Shown here in pieces: positions 41,128 to 52,300 of a stretch of 64,000 nucleotides of DNA. The DNA lies in assembly GCA_963751455.1 (NCBI GenBank), contig CAVVUN010000006.1, positions 1 through 64,000 of the forward strand. Direction: 5' to 3'. The notes under the pieces are model-generated. The model worked only from the letters and a program-made list of their open reading frames with translations. It was not told the origin of the DNA and made no database searches. Position 1 is the stretch's first letter. Every line of letters starts with the position of its first letter. The position numbers and the translations under genes are program-made. Source of the stretch: Nitrospirota bacterium. Its GTDB lineage: Bacteria > Nitrospirota > UBA9217.

Positions 41128-41254
41128 GAAGACCACGTGGCGTTAGCCCGTGGTTGAATGCGTCCCTCTTGTTTCCCTCCTCCTTCAGGGGGAGTTAGGA
41201 GGGGGTGCTTCTTTTGAATTCAAGTGCCACGGGCGTAAGCCCGTGGGTATCTAC
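41128..41254. repeat. Pair of REP-like palindromes flanking a GC-rich hairpin
   Basis: CCACGTGGCGTTAGCCCGTGG near 41133 and GCCACGGGCGTAAGCCCGTGG near 41226, around CCCTCCTCCTTCAGGGGGAGTTAGGAGGGG. Confidence 0.6.
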
Positions 41255-41265
41255 TTACTTTTAGT

Positions 41266-41294
41266 TTGATTTTTCAATATGAGTATGCTACTTT
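41266..41294 (+). promoter_or_regulatory. Putative sigma70 promoter for leaderless argD
   Basis: TTGATT-17 bp-TACTTT with TG extension; the ATG follows 6 nt later with no SD. Confidence 0.45.
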
Positions 41295-41300
41295 TGCAAA

Positions 41301-42494
41301 ATGATAACGAATGACATGCTGGCCGATTCGCAAAAATACATAATGAACACGTATTCACGACAGCCGCTGGTACTCGTAAAGGGCCGGGGCGCCAGGGTAT
41401 ACGATTCGGACGGCAGGGAGTATCTCGATTTTGTTTCCGGGGTCGCGGTCAATAACCTGGGCCATTGCCATCCCCGCGTCGTGGTGGCGCTTCAGAAACA
41501 GGCGCAGCGGCTCATGCACGTCTCGAATCACTACCATAACGAGCCGCAGATAAACCTGGCCAAGGCGCTCGTCGCGCATTCCTTTGCGGACAAAGTATTC
41601 TTTTGCAATTCAGGGACCGAGGCGATCGAAGCCGCCATTAAACTGGCGCGGCGCTACGCACGCGAAGTATTAAAAAAGAACCGGTACGAGATCATCACCA
41701 TGTACGGCTCATTCCACGGCAGGACCATGGGTTCGCTTTCCGCTACCGGCCAGGAAAAATTTCATGCTTCCTTCGAGCCGCTTCTGGACGGATTTCGCTA
41801 CGTGCCCTTCAACGACATCAATGCAGCGGAGCAGGCAATAAACGAGAAGACCTGCGCTGTTCTTGTAGAACCCATTCAGGGCGAGGGCGGGGTCATGATC
41901 CCGTCCGGCAGCTATCTCAAAGCGCTCCGTGAACTGTGCGACCGGCATGAGCTGCTGTTGATCCTGGATGAGGTGCAGACCGGCTTCGGTCGTACAGGAA
42001 AACTGTTCGCGTACGAGCATGACGGCATAAAACCGGATGTCGCTGCACTTGCCAAAGGGCTTGGCGCGGGTATGGCGATCGGGGCGGTGATTGCTTCGGA
42101 AAAGGCGGCCCAGGCCTTTACTCCCGGCTCTCACGGATCCACGTTCGGGGGCAACCCGCTTGCCTGCGCCGCGGCCCTCGCTTCTCTCGAGGCCTTGATC
42201 GAGGACAACATCATAATCCAGGCAGTCGAGGGGCTCGGCAGGCATTTCATGGAGGGGCTTGGCGCCCTCAAGAAAAAATACAGTTTTGTGGTCGATGTGC
42301 GGGGAAAGGGCCTTTTGACGGCTATGGAAATAGACTTCGAAGGCAGGGAAATAGTGACCGCCTGCCTGAAGGACGGTTTCCTCATCAACTGTACGATGAA
42401 CAATGTGCTTCGGTTCATGCCGCCCCTCATTATTCTTGAGGAGGAAATCGATATGCTCCTCGAGGCGCTTGACCGGATACTGGCAAAACGCTGA
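41301..42494 (+). CDS. argD: Acetylornithine aminotransferase
   Basis: NSGTEA, SFHGRT, EPIQGEGG, DEVQTG, AKGLG, HGSTFGGNP; upstream of argF. Confidence 0.95.
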   Translation: MITNDMLADSQKYIMNTYSRQPLVLVKGRGARVYDSDGREYLDFVSGVAVNNLGHCHPRVVVALQKQAQRLMHVSNHYHNEPQINLAKALVAHSFADKVFFCNSGTEAIEAAIKLARRYAREVLKKNRYEIITMYGSFHGRTMGSLSATGQEKFHASFEPLLDGFRYVPFNDINAAEQAINEKTCAVLVEPIQGEGGVMIPSGSYLKALRELCDRHELLLILDEVQTGFGRTGKLFAYEHDGIKPDVAALAKGLGAGMAIGAVIASEKAAQAFTPGSHGSTFGGNPLACAAALASLEALIEDNIIIQAVEGLGRHFMEGLGALKKKYSFVVDVRGKGLLTAMEIDFEGREIVTACLKDGFLINCTMNNVLRFMPPLIILEEEIDMLLEALDRILAKR

Positions 42495-42513
42495 TACAAC
42501 GTGTGTTCGTTTC

Positions 42514-42546
42514 GAAGGCGGCTGCTAAAGCCGCCTCTATTTTTTG
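42514..42546 (+). terminator. Hairpin plus T-tract between argD and argF
   Basis: AGGCGGCT-GCTAA-AGCCGCCT followed by CTATTTTTT. Confidence 0.5.
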
Positions 42547-42570
42547 AACGGCACAAAACCCGGAGAACAT

Positions 42571-43515
42571 ATGAATAAAGATCTGCTCGCACTATCGGAC
42601 CTTACCCCGGAAGATATCCGGGATATTCTAAGGCTTTCCTCGTCGCTTAAAAAAATCCAGAAGAGCGGAAAACAGCACCAGCCGCTCAAAGGCAAATGCC
42701 TCGGCATGATCTTCGAAAAATCCTCCACGCGGACGCGCGTCTCCTTCGAAGTCGGCATGTATCAGCTGGGCGGCCGTGCGTTGTTCCTGTCGTCCAACGA
42801 TCTCCAGATCGGCCGCGGCGAGCCGATCGCGGACACCGCGCGGACCCTTTCGCGTTATCTTGACGCAATCATGATCCGGACCTTTGCACAGGCAACCGTG
42901 GAAGAATTCGCACACCAGGCATCGATCCCGGTCATAAACGGGCTGACCGATCTTCATCATCCCTGCCAGGCGCTTGCCGACCTGCTTACGATCAGGGAAA
43001 AACGGGCAAAACTGAGCGGCCTCAGGTTCTGCTACATCGGCGACGGAAACAATATGGCGCACTCTCTGATCGAAGCATGTGCCAAGACCGGCATGCATGC
43101 CTTCCTTGCCTGCCCTCCCGGATACGAGCCTGATGCGGCAATCATGCGTGAAGCACAGCAGGAAGCGGCCAGGAACGGGTCCGACGTTCGCCTTTCGAAC
43201 GATCCCGAGAAAGCAGTCAGGAACGCGGACATTGTGTACACGGATGTGTGGGCAAGCATGGGACAGGAAAGCGAGCATGCCAAACGGGTAAACGCCTTCA
43301 GGGGTTTCCAGGTGGACGCGAAGCTCATGAAGCTGGCTGCGCCGAACGCTCTCGTGATGCATTGCCTTCCCGCTCACCGGGGAGAGGAAATAGCTGCGGA
43401 GGTTATCGACGGTCCGCAGTCCGTGGTTTTCGATCAGGCCGAAAACCGGCTCCATGCTCAAAAAGCAGTGCTCGAGTTGCTCCTCACGCGAAAACGCAAA
43501 AAGCCGCGGGCCTGA
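42571..43515 (+). CDS. argF: Ornithine carbamoyltransferase
   Basis: SSTRTR, HPCQ, WASMG, HCLP, QAENR. Confidence 0.97.
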   Translation: MNKDLLALSDLTPEDIRDILRLSSSLKKIQKSGKQHQPLKGKCLGMIFEKSSTRTRVSFEVGMYQLGGRALFLSSNDLQIGRGEPIADTARTLSRYLDAIMIRTFAQATVEEFAHQASIPVINGLTDLHHPCQALADLLTIREKRAKLSGLRFCYIGDGNNMAHSLIEACAKTGMHAFLACPPGYEPDAAIMREAQQEAARNGSDVRLSNDPEKAVRNADIVYTDVWASMGQESEHAKRVNAFRGFQVDAKLMKLAAPNALVMHCLPAHRGEEIAAEVIDGPQSVVFDQAENRLHAQKAVLELLLTRKRKKPRA

Positions 43516-43805
43516 TTCGGGAAAGATCTTCTCTGCAGCCCTCACTTTCGTTCCGGCACAATGAAATTGAGCGCTGCCGGTCTTCCTAATAATCAGTGCA
43601 AAACCATGTGCCGGGGATACCGCCGGACCCTCATTCATTTATGCAATAAAGTGTATTTGTTTGCAATTTCATTTATTTACTACGTTGTTAGTAATCTATA
43701 AAAGGAATGGCAATAAATCTCAAATTGTAATGTCACGCTGACAAGCACTTTTAAATGTGTTATAACATGATGCAGTATTATGCATAACACGTTTGGAGGC
43801 GGCGA

Positions 43806-44531
43806 ATGAAACCTTTAATCGGCATTACAATGAATTTAGAGGTTCAACCTTCAAGGAACCTGAACGTTCTCGATCAGGACTATGGAAAAGCTGTGGCACA
43901 GGCCGGCGGTATACCGGTGCCGATCCTCGGGATCGAATCATCCATACCGGACCTTGTAAAGCAGCTCGACGGGTTCCTGTTCACCGGGGGAGACGATCTC
44001 CACCCCCGTTTCTATAAAGAAAAACTTCTTAAGGGCGCAAGTACATCGTTGTCGCCGGATATGCGTACCGAATTTGAAATAAAACTCTTCAAGCACGCGG
44101 CTAAAATGAAAAAACCCGTGCTTGGGATTTGCCATGGAGCACAGCTGATTAATGTGGCATTGGGCGGGAGCTTGTATCAGGATATCTCGCGGCAGATCCG
44201 CAAGACCATTAGACACAGTCCGGCAAAAAAAAGCGAAAAGGTGTATCATCCGGTAAGCATTTTTGAAGGCACCAGAATCTGCCACATCATAGGAGATTGC
44301 CAGTTCGGAAAATGCTCGATAAGCGTGCGCAGCTCGCATCATCAAAGCATAAAAAATCCGGGCAAAGGCCTGAGGCTTTCAGCGGTATCATCGGACGGCG
44401 TTTGTGAGGCCCTGGAGTCACGCTCCCAAAAGAATTTCCTGGTCGCTGTACAGTGGCACCCGGAAAAAACGATCAATGACCGATACACGAAGAAACTCTT
44501 CGAGGCGTTCGTCAACGCGTCAAGAAAATAA
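43806..44531 (+). CDS. Peptidase C26 / gamma-glutamyl-gamma-aminobutyrate hydrolase family
   Basis: TGGDD, GICHGAQ, SSHHQ, VQWHPE. Confidence 0.9.
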   Translation: MKPLIGITMNLEVQPSRNLNVLDQDYGKAVAQAGGIPVPILGIESSIPDLVKQLDGFLFTGGDDLHPRFYKEKLLKGASTSLSPDMRTEFEIKLFKHAAKMKKPVLGICHGAQLINVALGGSLYQDISRQIRKTIRHSPAKKSEKVYHPVSIFEGTRICHIIGDCQFGKCSISVRSSHHQSIKNPGKGLRLSAVSSDGVCEALESRSQKNFLVAVQWHPEKTINDRYTKKLFEAFVNASRK

Positions 44532-46129
44532 TCCCCTCAATCAAAGGGAAGCTCTCCTTTCGCTCCTCTGCCTTTTTCTGGTAACGGTTCTGGTAATAAC
44601 CGCTTCAGCCTGCCGAAGAACGGATGATGAACGGCTTTCCGGGTACCTGTACCTTCGCCTGAACGCCAATCCTACCAGCCTCGACCCCGCGCTGATCACG
44701 GATGTAATGGGCGGCGGCATCGCTGCAAAGCTCTTTAACGGATTGGTGCGCTTCAATGAAAATCTGGATATCGTGCCCGACCTCGCCGCGTCCTGGACCC
44801 TTTCCCATGACCAGTTGACCTACACTTTTCGGCTGAGGCCGGATGTCCGGTTCAATACGGGCAGGTATGTAACAGCCGGCGACTTCCGCTATTCGTTCCA
44901 ACGGGTACTGAACCCCGTAACAAAGGCCCCGCTCACCTGGGTTCTTGACAAGATCGAAGGATCGCGCGATTTTGCCACGCGTAAGACGCGCGCGGTCTCC
45001 GGCATCCGGACTCCGGACGATCATACCCTGGTACTGAAGCTTGAAAAACCGTTCGGCCCGTTCCTGTCGCTTCTCGCCATGACGACCGCATACGTGGTCC
45101 CGCACGAAGAGGTGGCGCGCCTTGGCCAGGACTTCGGCAACCACCCTGCCGGGACCGGACCTTATGTCGTGAGCGAATGGAAACATGGTCAGCATATTAT
45201 CATGAAGGCGCGCGAGGATTACTTCGAGGGCAAGGCCCCCTTGCGCGGCATCGTCTACCGTGTAATCCCTGAGGACCTTACCTCCGTCATGGAATTCGAG
45301 ACCGGCCGTCTGGACGTTCTCCTCATCCCTTCGTCCGAATACCGGCGATATACTACGGACCCGGCATGGCGCGACCTGGTATACGCCAAGACCTGGCCTG
45401 AACAGCTATTACCTGGGCTTAAATTGCATGCTGCCGCCGTTGAACGATGTCCGGGTTCGGCGCGCGGTCAACATGGCCATCGACCGGGACCGCATCTTGA
45501 ACACGCTCTTCGAAAAAAGGGGTGTACTTGCTCAGGGCCCCATTCCTCCGGGACTCTGGAAAAACATGTCTCCGACCTCGAAGGGGTATGCCTATGATCC
45601 CGATAAAGCAAAAGAGCTCATACGGCAGGCAGGCGCTGAAGGCGCGCGCATCAAGATCTACATTTCGGCGGACCCGGAGGTCCTGGATATCGTCGAGGTA
45701 ATACAGAACTACCTGGCGAAGGCGGGATTAAAAGCAGATATAATACAGCTGGACTGGAGCGCATTCAAGCACGCGGTCAACGAAGGAGAGCCGAACGCAT
45801 TCTGGCTTTCCTGGTGGGCCGATTATCCTGATCCGGAAAACTTTCTCCTCCCTCTATTCCATTCTGCAAGCGTCGGCTCTGCCGGGAACCGGACCCGCTG
45901 TCTCGATCCTGTCCTCGATAAACTGATCGAAACCGCCCAGAGAACCGTAGATGAACGCAAGCGCTACAGGCTTTACCGTGAGGCGGAGGACCGGATCATA
46001 GACAATGCGCCCTGGGTTTTCATGTGGCACCGGTCCGATAATTTTGTAGTTCAACCCTGGGTAAAGAACTTCAGGGTCTATTCGATCTACTCTATCGATA
46101 AAGGCGGAGACATAACGGTTACCCGCTAA
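44476..46129 (+). pseudogene. Family 5 (OppA/DppA) ABC substrate-binding lipoprotein, frameshifted near 45388
   Basis: Lipobox ASAC, SLDP, PDLA.SW, GTGPY. Removing one base at GCCAAGACC restores ARPGLNSYYLGLN into ORF 45428..46129 (VRRAVNMAIDR, WWADYPDP). Start codon uncertain. Confidence 0.85.
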
Positions 46130-46369
46130 AAGCACCCTCCAAATCCGCTCATCCATGATACCCCTCACCCTACCCCTCAAGGGAAAGGGTGTGCTTCATG
46201 ATCGAGAGAACTACGAGTGTCCTCCCCTTGTCAGCAGTTGGTATCCCGCAGGTTCATAAAGTCTTCTAGCGACCGAGCGAAGCAATCTCGATTTAATAAA
46301 ATCGCTAAATCTAGATCGCCGCGTCGGAAAAACCACTCCTCGCCATATCGAAAGTTTTTCAGAGTCTTG

Positions 46370-49300
46370 CTAGTTTGCTAACTTCATCAGATACCATTTC
46401 TTCTCCCAGATCTTTATCAGCTCGCTAAGCTTCAATCGAATTGACGCCACATCCATCGACAGTTTTTTGATTTCATCAGTCGCTTTAATAATAAATTTTA
46501 GATTATCTTCAGCTTCCTTGCCGGTTGAGGCATTCGCGTTCACGCGATGCAGGGCGTCAATCGCTTCGTTTATCGTCTCGGCATCGCTCATGCTCGCCAT
46601 GGTGATATTTGTAAGATCTGTAATGACCCCTCTCAAAAGCTGGTCCGAACTGTTCAAGACGATCAGTGTTAGCGGATACCTTCCGTATGAAACAAATATA
46701 CCGTTATTGTCGTAGAACACTTCCGTTATGGCTGTATATTCACCGGCCCTATCCGGAAGGTTCAAGGCATAACCAAAGCGCGCGTTCTCATTGGAAGCAA
46801 TGGTTTTCTGCCACGCTATGGATCCTTCCATCGCTATTCCTTCCGGAACAATCGAATCGGCAGTTGTGTCTGCTGGCACCGTCTCAATGATCCTTACTGT
46901 CACCGGCTCTGAGGAATTTTTGACCCCAGTCTGTAGCGGAACGCTGTCCATAGCCCTGGCCGAATGCTCCAGCGGCCTAACATGATTTATACTGTTTACC
47001 ATAAGGGCTGCTGCTTGAGTCTGATCCGATGAGTTCAGCAAGTCGAACGTGTATAGTAACGACCTGCCCTTCCCATACTGATTCGATATGATCACCGGTA
47101 CCATCTGCTGCTTGTCCATCACCGTGCCATATGCCTGAGCCGTTTCCGCACTTATAGTCGCTACGATCGCTTTGCCCAATAGCTTAAGCTCCCCTTCATT
47201 GCTGATGAAGCTTGATTCAAGGTTAACCGCGAGATCGGGTCTCGTTGTCTTTCCGGTCAATTTCACGCCAAAAACGTCATCCAGGAAAGGATTTGCATCC
47301 TGACGGGTCTTCAGGAAAATAAGCCCGTCGCCGAAGTAAACCGCTTCACGGAGTTCTTCGCTTACAACCGGTTCCTTAACATCGATCAGTATGTACGTAT
47401 TGTACCTGCCGGAACGAAGACCAGAGGTAAAGTCATCCATGTTCCCGGCGATCATGTAATTCACGCGAAGTGACGCCAGGAGAGCATCCAGTTGCCGGAT
47501 GTCGGCTTGTTTCTGTTCCCTGTCGGATTTGTCGCTCCAAACCCCAACCAGGACAACGGGTTCCACGCCAATTGCCTTCTCTATATTATCTATGACGATG
47601 AGCCGTACGGTCAAAGATTTTTCTGCCTCTTCGTTCAAAACATTGTCTATGGATTTATAAGTTATAGTGTGAGTTCCTGAGGCAAGCTCCGTAAGACCGA
47701 AGCTTCCGGTATAGCCCTGCCACTCTCCTTCGTCGATACGGTACGTCGTGGTTCGAACGCCGGAAAGGTTGTCCGTTCCGTTCAGCGTAAACAGAGTCTT
47801 CGGTGAAACAATATTAACAATGCCGGGAGAGAGCGGGTCAGAGCCTGATAGCTCGGTTATTGCCTGCTCTTTGTCCAGATTAACGGCGTAAGAATTTTCA
47901 GTCTCTATATTTCCAATATTATCAACAGACCGGAAGGTAATAGTGCGGACCCCGTCCTGATAGGCCCCGAGTTCGACCGGACCGGTATATGTCTCGAAAG
48001 GGCCTTCGTCGACGCGGTATTCTGTTTTGGCTACGCCGGCAAAATCGTCGGTGGCATTTAACTCAATGTGTGTGCTCCCCGAAACGAAAACCTGTCCGTT
48101 CACCTCATATTTCGGAGTTCCAAGGGATAATACCGTTACCGGGGGCGTGGTATCCATCTGGACGGTGAAACCTACTGACAGGGGAATAGTAGTATGCCCT
48201 GCGGTGTCTGAGGCCTTAAAACCGACAGTATGGTTCCCGTTGTCCGCAAGCACTGGCTGCCATATAGCTTCATACCGGCCTGAGGCAGCAATAAGGGGCA
48301 GTGTGTTCCATGGGCCGTCGTCAACACGATATTCTACCGCGCCGATGCCTAATCCGCCGTCCAAAACAGCGGCAGAAATGCCGACTGCCGAATTGTATGT
48401 GCTGTTCTGCACAGGCGAGACGATGGTAACAACAGGCAGTGTATTGATTGGGAGCGAATTCTGGAAGATGTTTCCGCCGCTCTGGAAATATACGCCGTAG
48501 AAGAGCCTGTCTCGACTAAGCGTACCGAGCGGGACGTTAAACGTAGGGGTCGCCGGCTGCGAGGTCAGGGTAAACGTTTGCATATCATGGTGCGCTCCAT
48601 AGCGGATTATCGCAACATACGTGCCGTCCTCGAACTGGGTCTGTTTTTCAACGTTCATGGTCAAAACCGCGGTATCATCATTATAATAGATTTGCTTATC
48701 GAGTGATGCGGTCACGGCTACGTTCACGCCTGCTACGCTGAATCTGGTTTTTCCGGACGTGCCCTGCGAGGCAGCAGCAGCAAGGTTATAATCTACAAGA
48801 TAGTCGGTCGCCTGGGCGTCTTCCGGCACCGCGAAGTTAAATGCCAGGACCTTTTCTTCGCCCGGCTGCAGAACGTTCGACGCCATCTGGTTCAGGACAT
48901 CCATGGCCTTGACCGAGAAATCCGCGCTGCCGGCCAGCGTCCCGGTATTTTTAATTGTAAAATTCAATGTCGCCGCTTTGCCGACCGTAAAGATCGGGCT
49001 CGTCGGAATGGAAGTTATCTCGAAAATCGGGCCTGATACTCTGACCTGGGATTGATTGGTTGCAAGCAGGCTGCCCGAGGAAGTGTAAAGATTGACCTCT
49101 ACAGGATAGGCGCCTGAAATTATGCCCGCAGGATCTAAGTTGATTAGGTAATTCATTGAGTCGTGAGCTTCCAGGCCCGATACTGGCGTTTCGCCTCGCC
49201 AGACAGCCTTGCCGAAATTATCCATGACTGCGAGTGTGATCGTACCGTTCACAATGTTATACCCGTTATTCACGATGTTCATTGTGACCGGTATCAGCCC

Positions 49301-52300
49301 GGTCTTCTCCTGACTTCCGGAAGCCGTCGACATCGTGACGTCATTTTCCCTGGCTACAGTAAACGAGGACGACGCATAGGAATACGGCTGTGAACTTTCT
49401 GCATAGAGCCAGCATGTTCCTTGGATAACGTCAAAGGTGAGAGTATCCGTGAAGGTCTCCCCCTTTGCCAGGAAGTACGATTTTGTCAGACTGAGCACAG
49501 ATGGCTGAAGCGAGTAAGTCACGCTGATAGTTTCATCTATGGTGCCGGTGTTCGTTATAGTCACCGGAACCGTAATCTTCCCCTCGGGATACAAACCTGA
49601 TGGCGTCTGATTCCCCGACCCTATTGTGATCTGCGCTGCCTCTCCATATGTTACGATCTTAGATGCAGTCTGATATACGTCGCCAGTTACATAAACCCTA
49701 TATGTCATTGTCCGGTCAATCTGCTGGTTATATTGTAAAAGTCTCGTTTCACTCGCCGGTATAGTAAGTGAATCGGTATCGATTGCATCCCACGAGCTGT
49801 TGTAAACTGTATATTGTATGTTGATATCAATTCTTCCGGTATTCTTTAACTCTACGTTTAGATAAAAGGGCTTTCTGTCTGCAATATCGGGCCCCGAAAT
49901 AGACATGGTCGCCTTTGGATTAGCAATCTCATACTGATCAGTAATCTCGGCCAGGGTTGCGGTCTGGCTTACACTGCCAATAAGGAAGACGACACCCTCA
50001 AGTCCTGCTGTTGCTGTAGTAGTAAACGTGTGGGTCCCACTTGCTGGAACATTAATATTTTCAGTATGTATGGTTTGCAAACTTCCATCCGACTTCTGAG
50101 ACTTGATTATGAGTTTTAAATTGGTCGCGTTTATCGTTGTGATATTTTTCACTTCACCGGAAATCGTAACCGTTTCTCCCTGTCTGTAGATCTTTTTATC
50201 GGGAGCAAAGAAGAGGACGATGCCGCTGTTAACAATATAGAACGGATATCCCGATCTAGCAATAGTTTGTCCGAGATTGTTCTTCAAAGTAGTTTCAAGA
50301 TATAGTTTACCAAGAGTGTTTAGCGAGCCGATATTTATTGTATAATCATTGTTACTATTTGGCTCTTGATTAATTGGGATCGTTGTTTCAAAGATGGACT
50401 CTGAGCCGCCAATCGAAAAAGGAAGCATTCTTTGAATGCGATTATTGCCGCTGTCTATCGCGTATACGATACCTTCAGCGTTAACTCCTATCTCCGGAAC
50501 TGATTGGAATTGTCCGTCACCGCTGCCGCTGCTGCCCCATTTTGCTTTAAAATTACCATTACTATCAAATTTCTGGACTCGATTATTCAATGTTTCGCCT
50601 ATATATACAAATCCATTGGCGTCTACAGCTATACCACGAGGATAATAAAATTGCCCATTACCGTAGCCAGAACTTCCCCATTTGATAATAAAATTTCCAC
50701 TCGGATCGAACTTCTGGATGCGATAATTATCCGAATCTACAACGTACACAGACCCATCCGGCCCAACAGCCATATTTATTGGGAAATTAAACTGCCCATT
50801 GCCGGTTCCATAACTCCCCCACTTGGTAATAAAGCCGCCATTAGCGTTGAACTTCTGAATTCGATTAATTACAGTATCTGACACATAGATCGAACCGTTA
50901 GAATCAATAGCTATCCCGTTGGCAGACGCAAATTGACCATTGCCGTATCCGTAGCTGCCCCATTTATAAACGAATTGTCCATTCGCATTAAACTTTTGAA
51001 TTCGATTATTCCCGTGATCAACTACATACACATAGCCATCACGAGACACAGCTATACCGTAGGGATAAATAAATAGTCCATTCCCACTGCCATAGCTCCC
51101 CCACTTCGTTATGTAGTTTCCATCCCTATCGAACTTCTGGATGCGATGGTTGTAACTGTCCGCAACATAGATTGAGCCGTCAGATGCTACTGCTATCCCT
51201 TGCGGCCATTTAAACTGTCCATTACCGCTGCCCTGACTTGTGCCCGTCTCTGGAATAAACTGAGTGAATACTCCACCTGACGGCTGTTTATTCTTATAGA
51301 CCTTAATGTCCAGCGTTCCGTTTTCCACACCTCTAGAGCTATTCGCGAGTGTACTGATAGCGGTAATTGTATCTGTGCTCTGGTATGTTTGTTGGTCCGT
51401 CCTGGAAAGGAGACTTGTTACAAGACCCTCAACATTAAAAATTTTGTTGAGTTGTGCCAAGTTCCCTGTTTTCAGATCCTTTACTACAATATTGAGGAAT
51501 ACAATACCTCCTGCAGTCTGAGCCGGAATCGGGATGCTGGTGAGCACCTTTCTCTCTCCTGCAAGGATTTCGCCGGACACGGAACTCTGATAAAGCACTT
51601 CACCTTCGGTATCAGTAATAACTATTTTTTCCGTAGCATATGTCGTATCCACCGCTCCCTCATTTTCGACCCATACAGTTACGACATCGCCGGCAGCTAT
51701 TTGCGTTGCCACTGAGCTATCCACTATCAGATCGGATCCCTGCACGGCAAAACTTGTAAGAGCCGTTATGGAATCGCCTGATAATGAGGTTATAGTAACG
51801 TTGACTCCATGCCGGCCTGACGTAATAGTATCTGGGATCATGAAAGAAAATACTAATTCGCGAGTCGTGCTCGGCGACAGAGATACTGTCGTTGTTTGGG
51901 AATAACCTGTATCGGCAACAGCTAAAGTCACCGTCATTTCGTCCTGGCTGAACTTTCCCGTATTCATTAAATTCATCTTCAAGTTCGCCGTCTCTCTCAT
52001 CCGGTATGTGATCTTATCAAAAGAGAAAGAAGCAGCGGATGAATTTGGAATAGAGATGGTTGTGTGATTAATCGTCCCTGTTTCATCGGACTGAGTAAAA
52101 CTCAAAGTATAGTTCCCGAATTTGAGCATTGGAAGGGGCGTGGACGGAACAGTAATAGTCGTAGTCTGCCCGACTTCAATACTGAAGGTCCGGGTTCCGG
52201 TCGCGACTATAGCACCACTCGGATCGCTGAGGATCACGTTCAAAGTCCCGGATGTCACACCGATCCTACCGATATTGTTTACACCGAATGAAATAGCTGT

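Noticed and set aside
712-45195. Numerous long antisense or overlapping ORFs (e.g. 712..1437, 20166..20858, 21205..21987, 24576..25262, 39720..40475, 42628..43638)
   Set aside because: They are shadows of well-supported genes on the opposite strand in GC-rich DNA and have no recognisable motifs.
50420-51240. Periodic DNA similarity as a CRISPR array
   Set aside because: The repeats are degenerate, in frame and encode NHL blades; there are no identical repeats with unique spacers and no cas genes.
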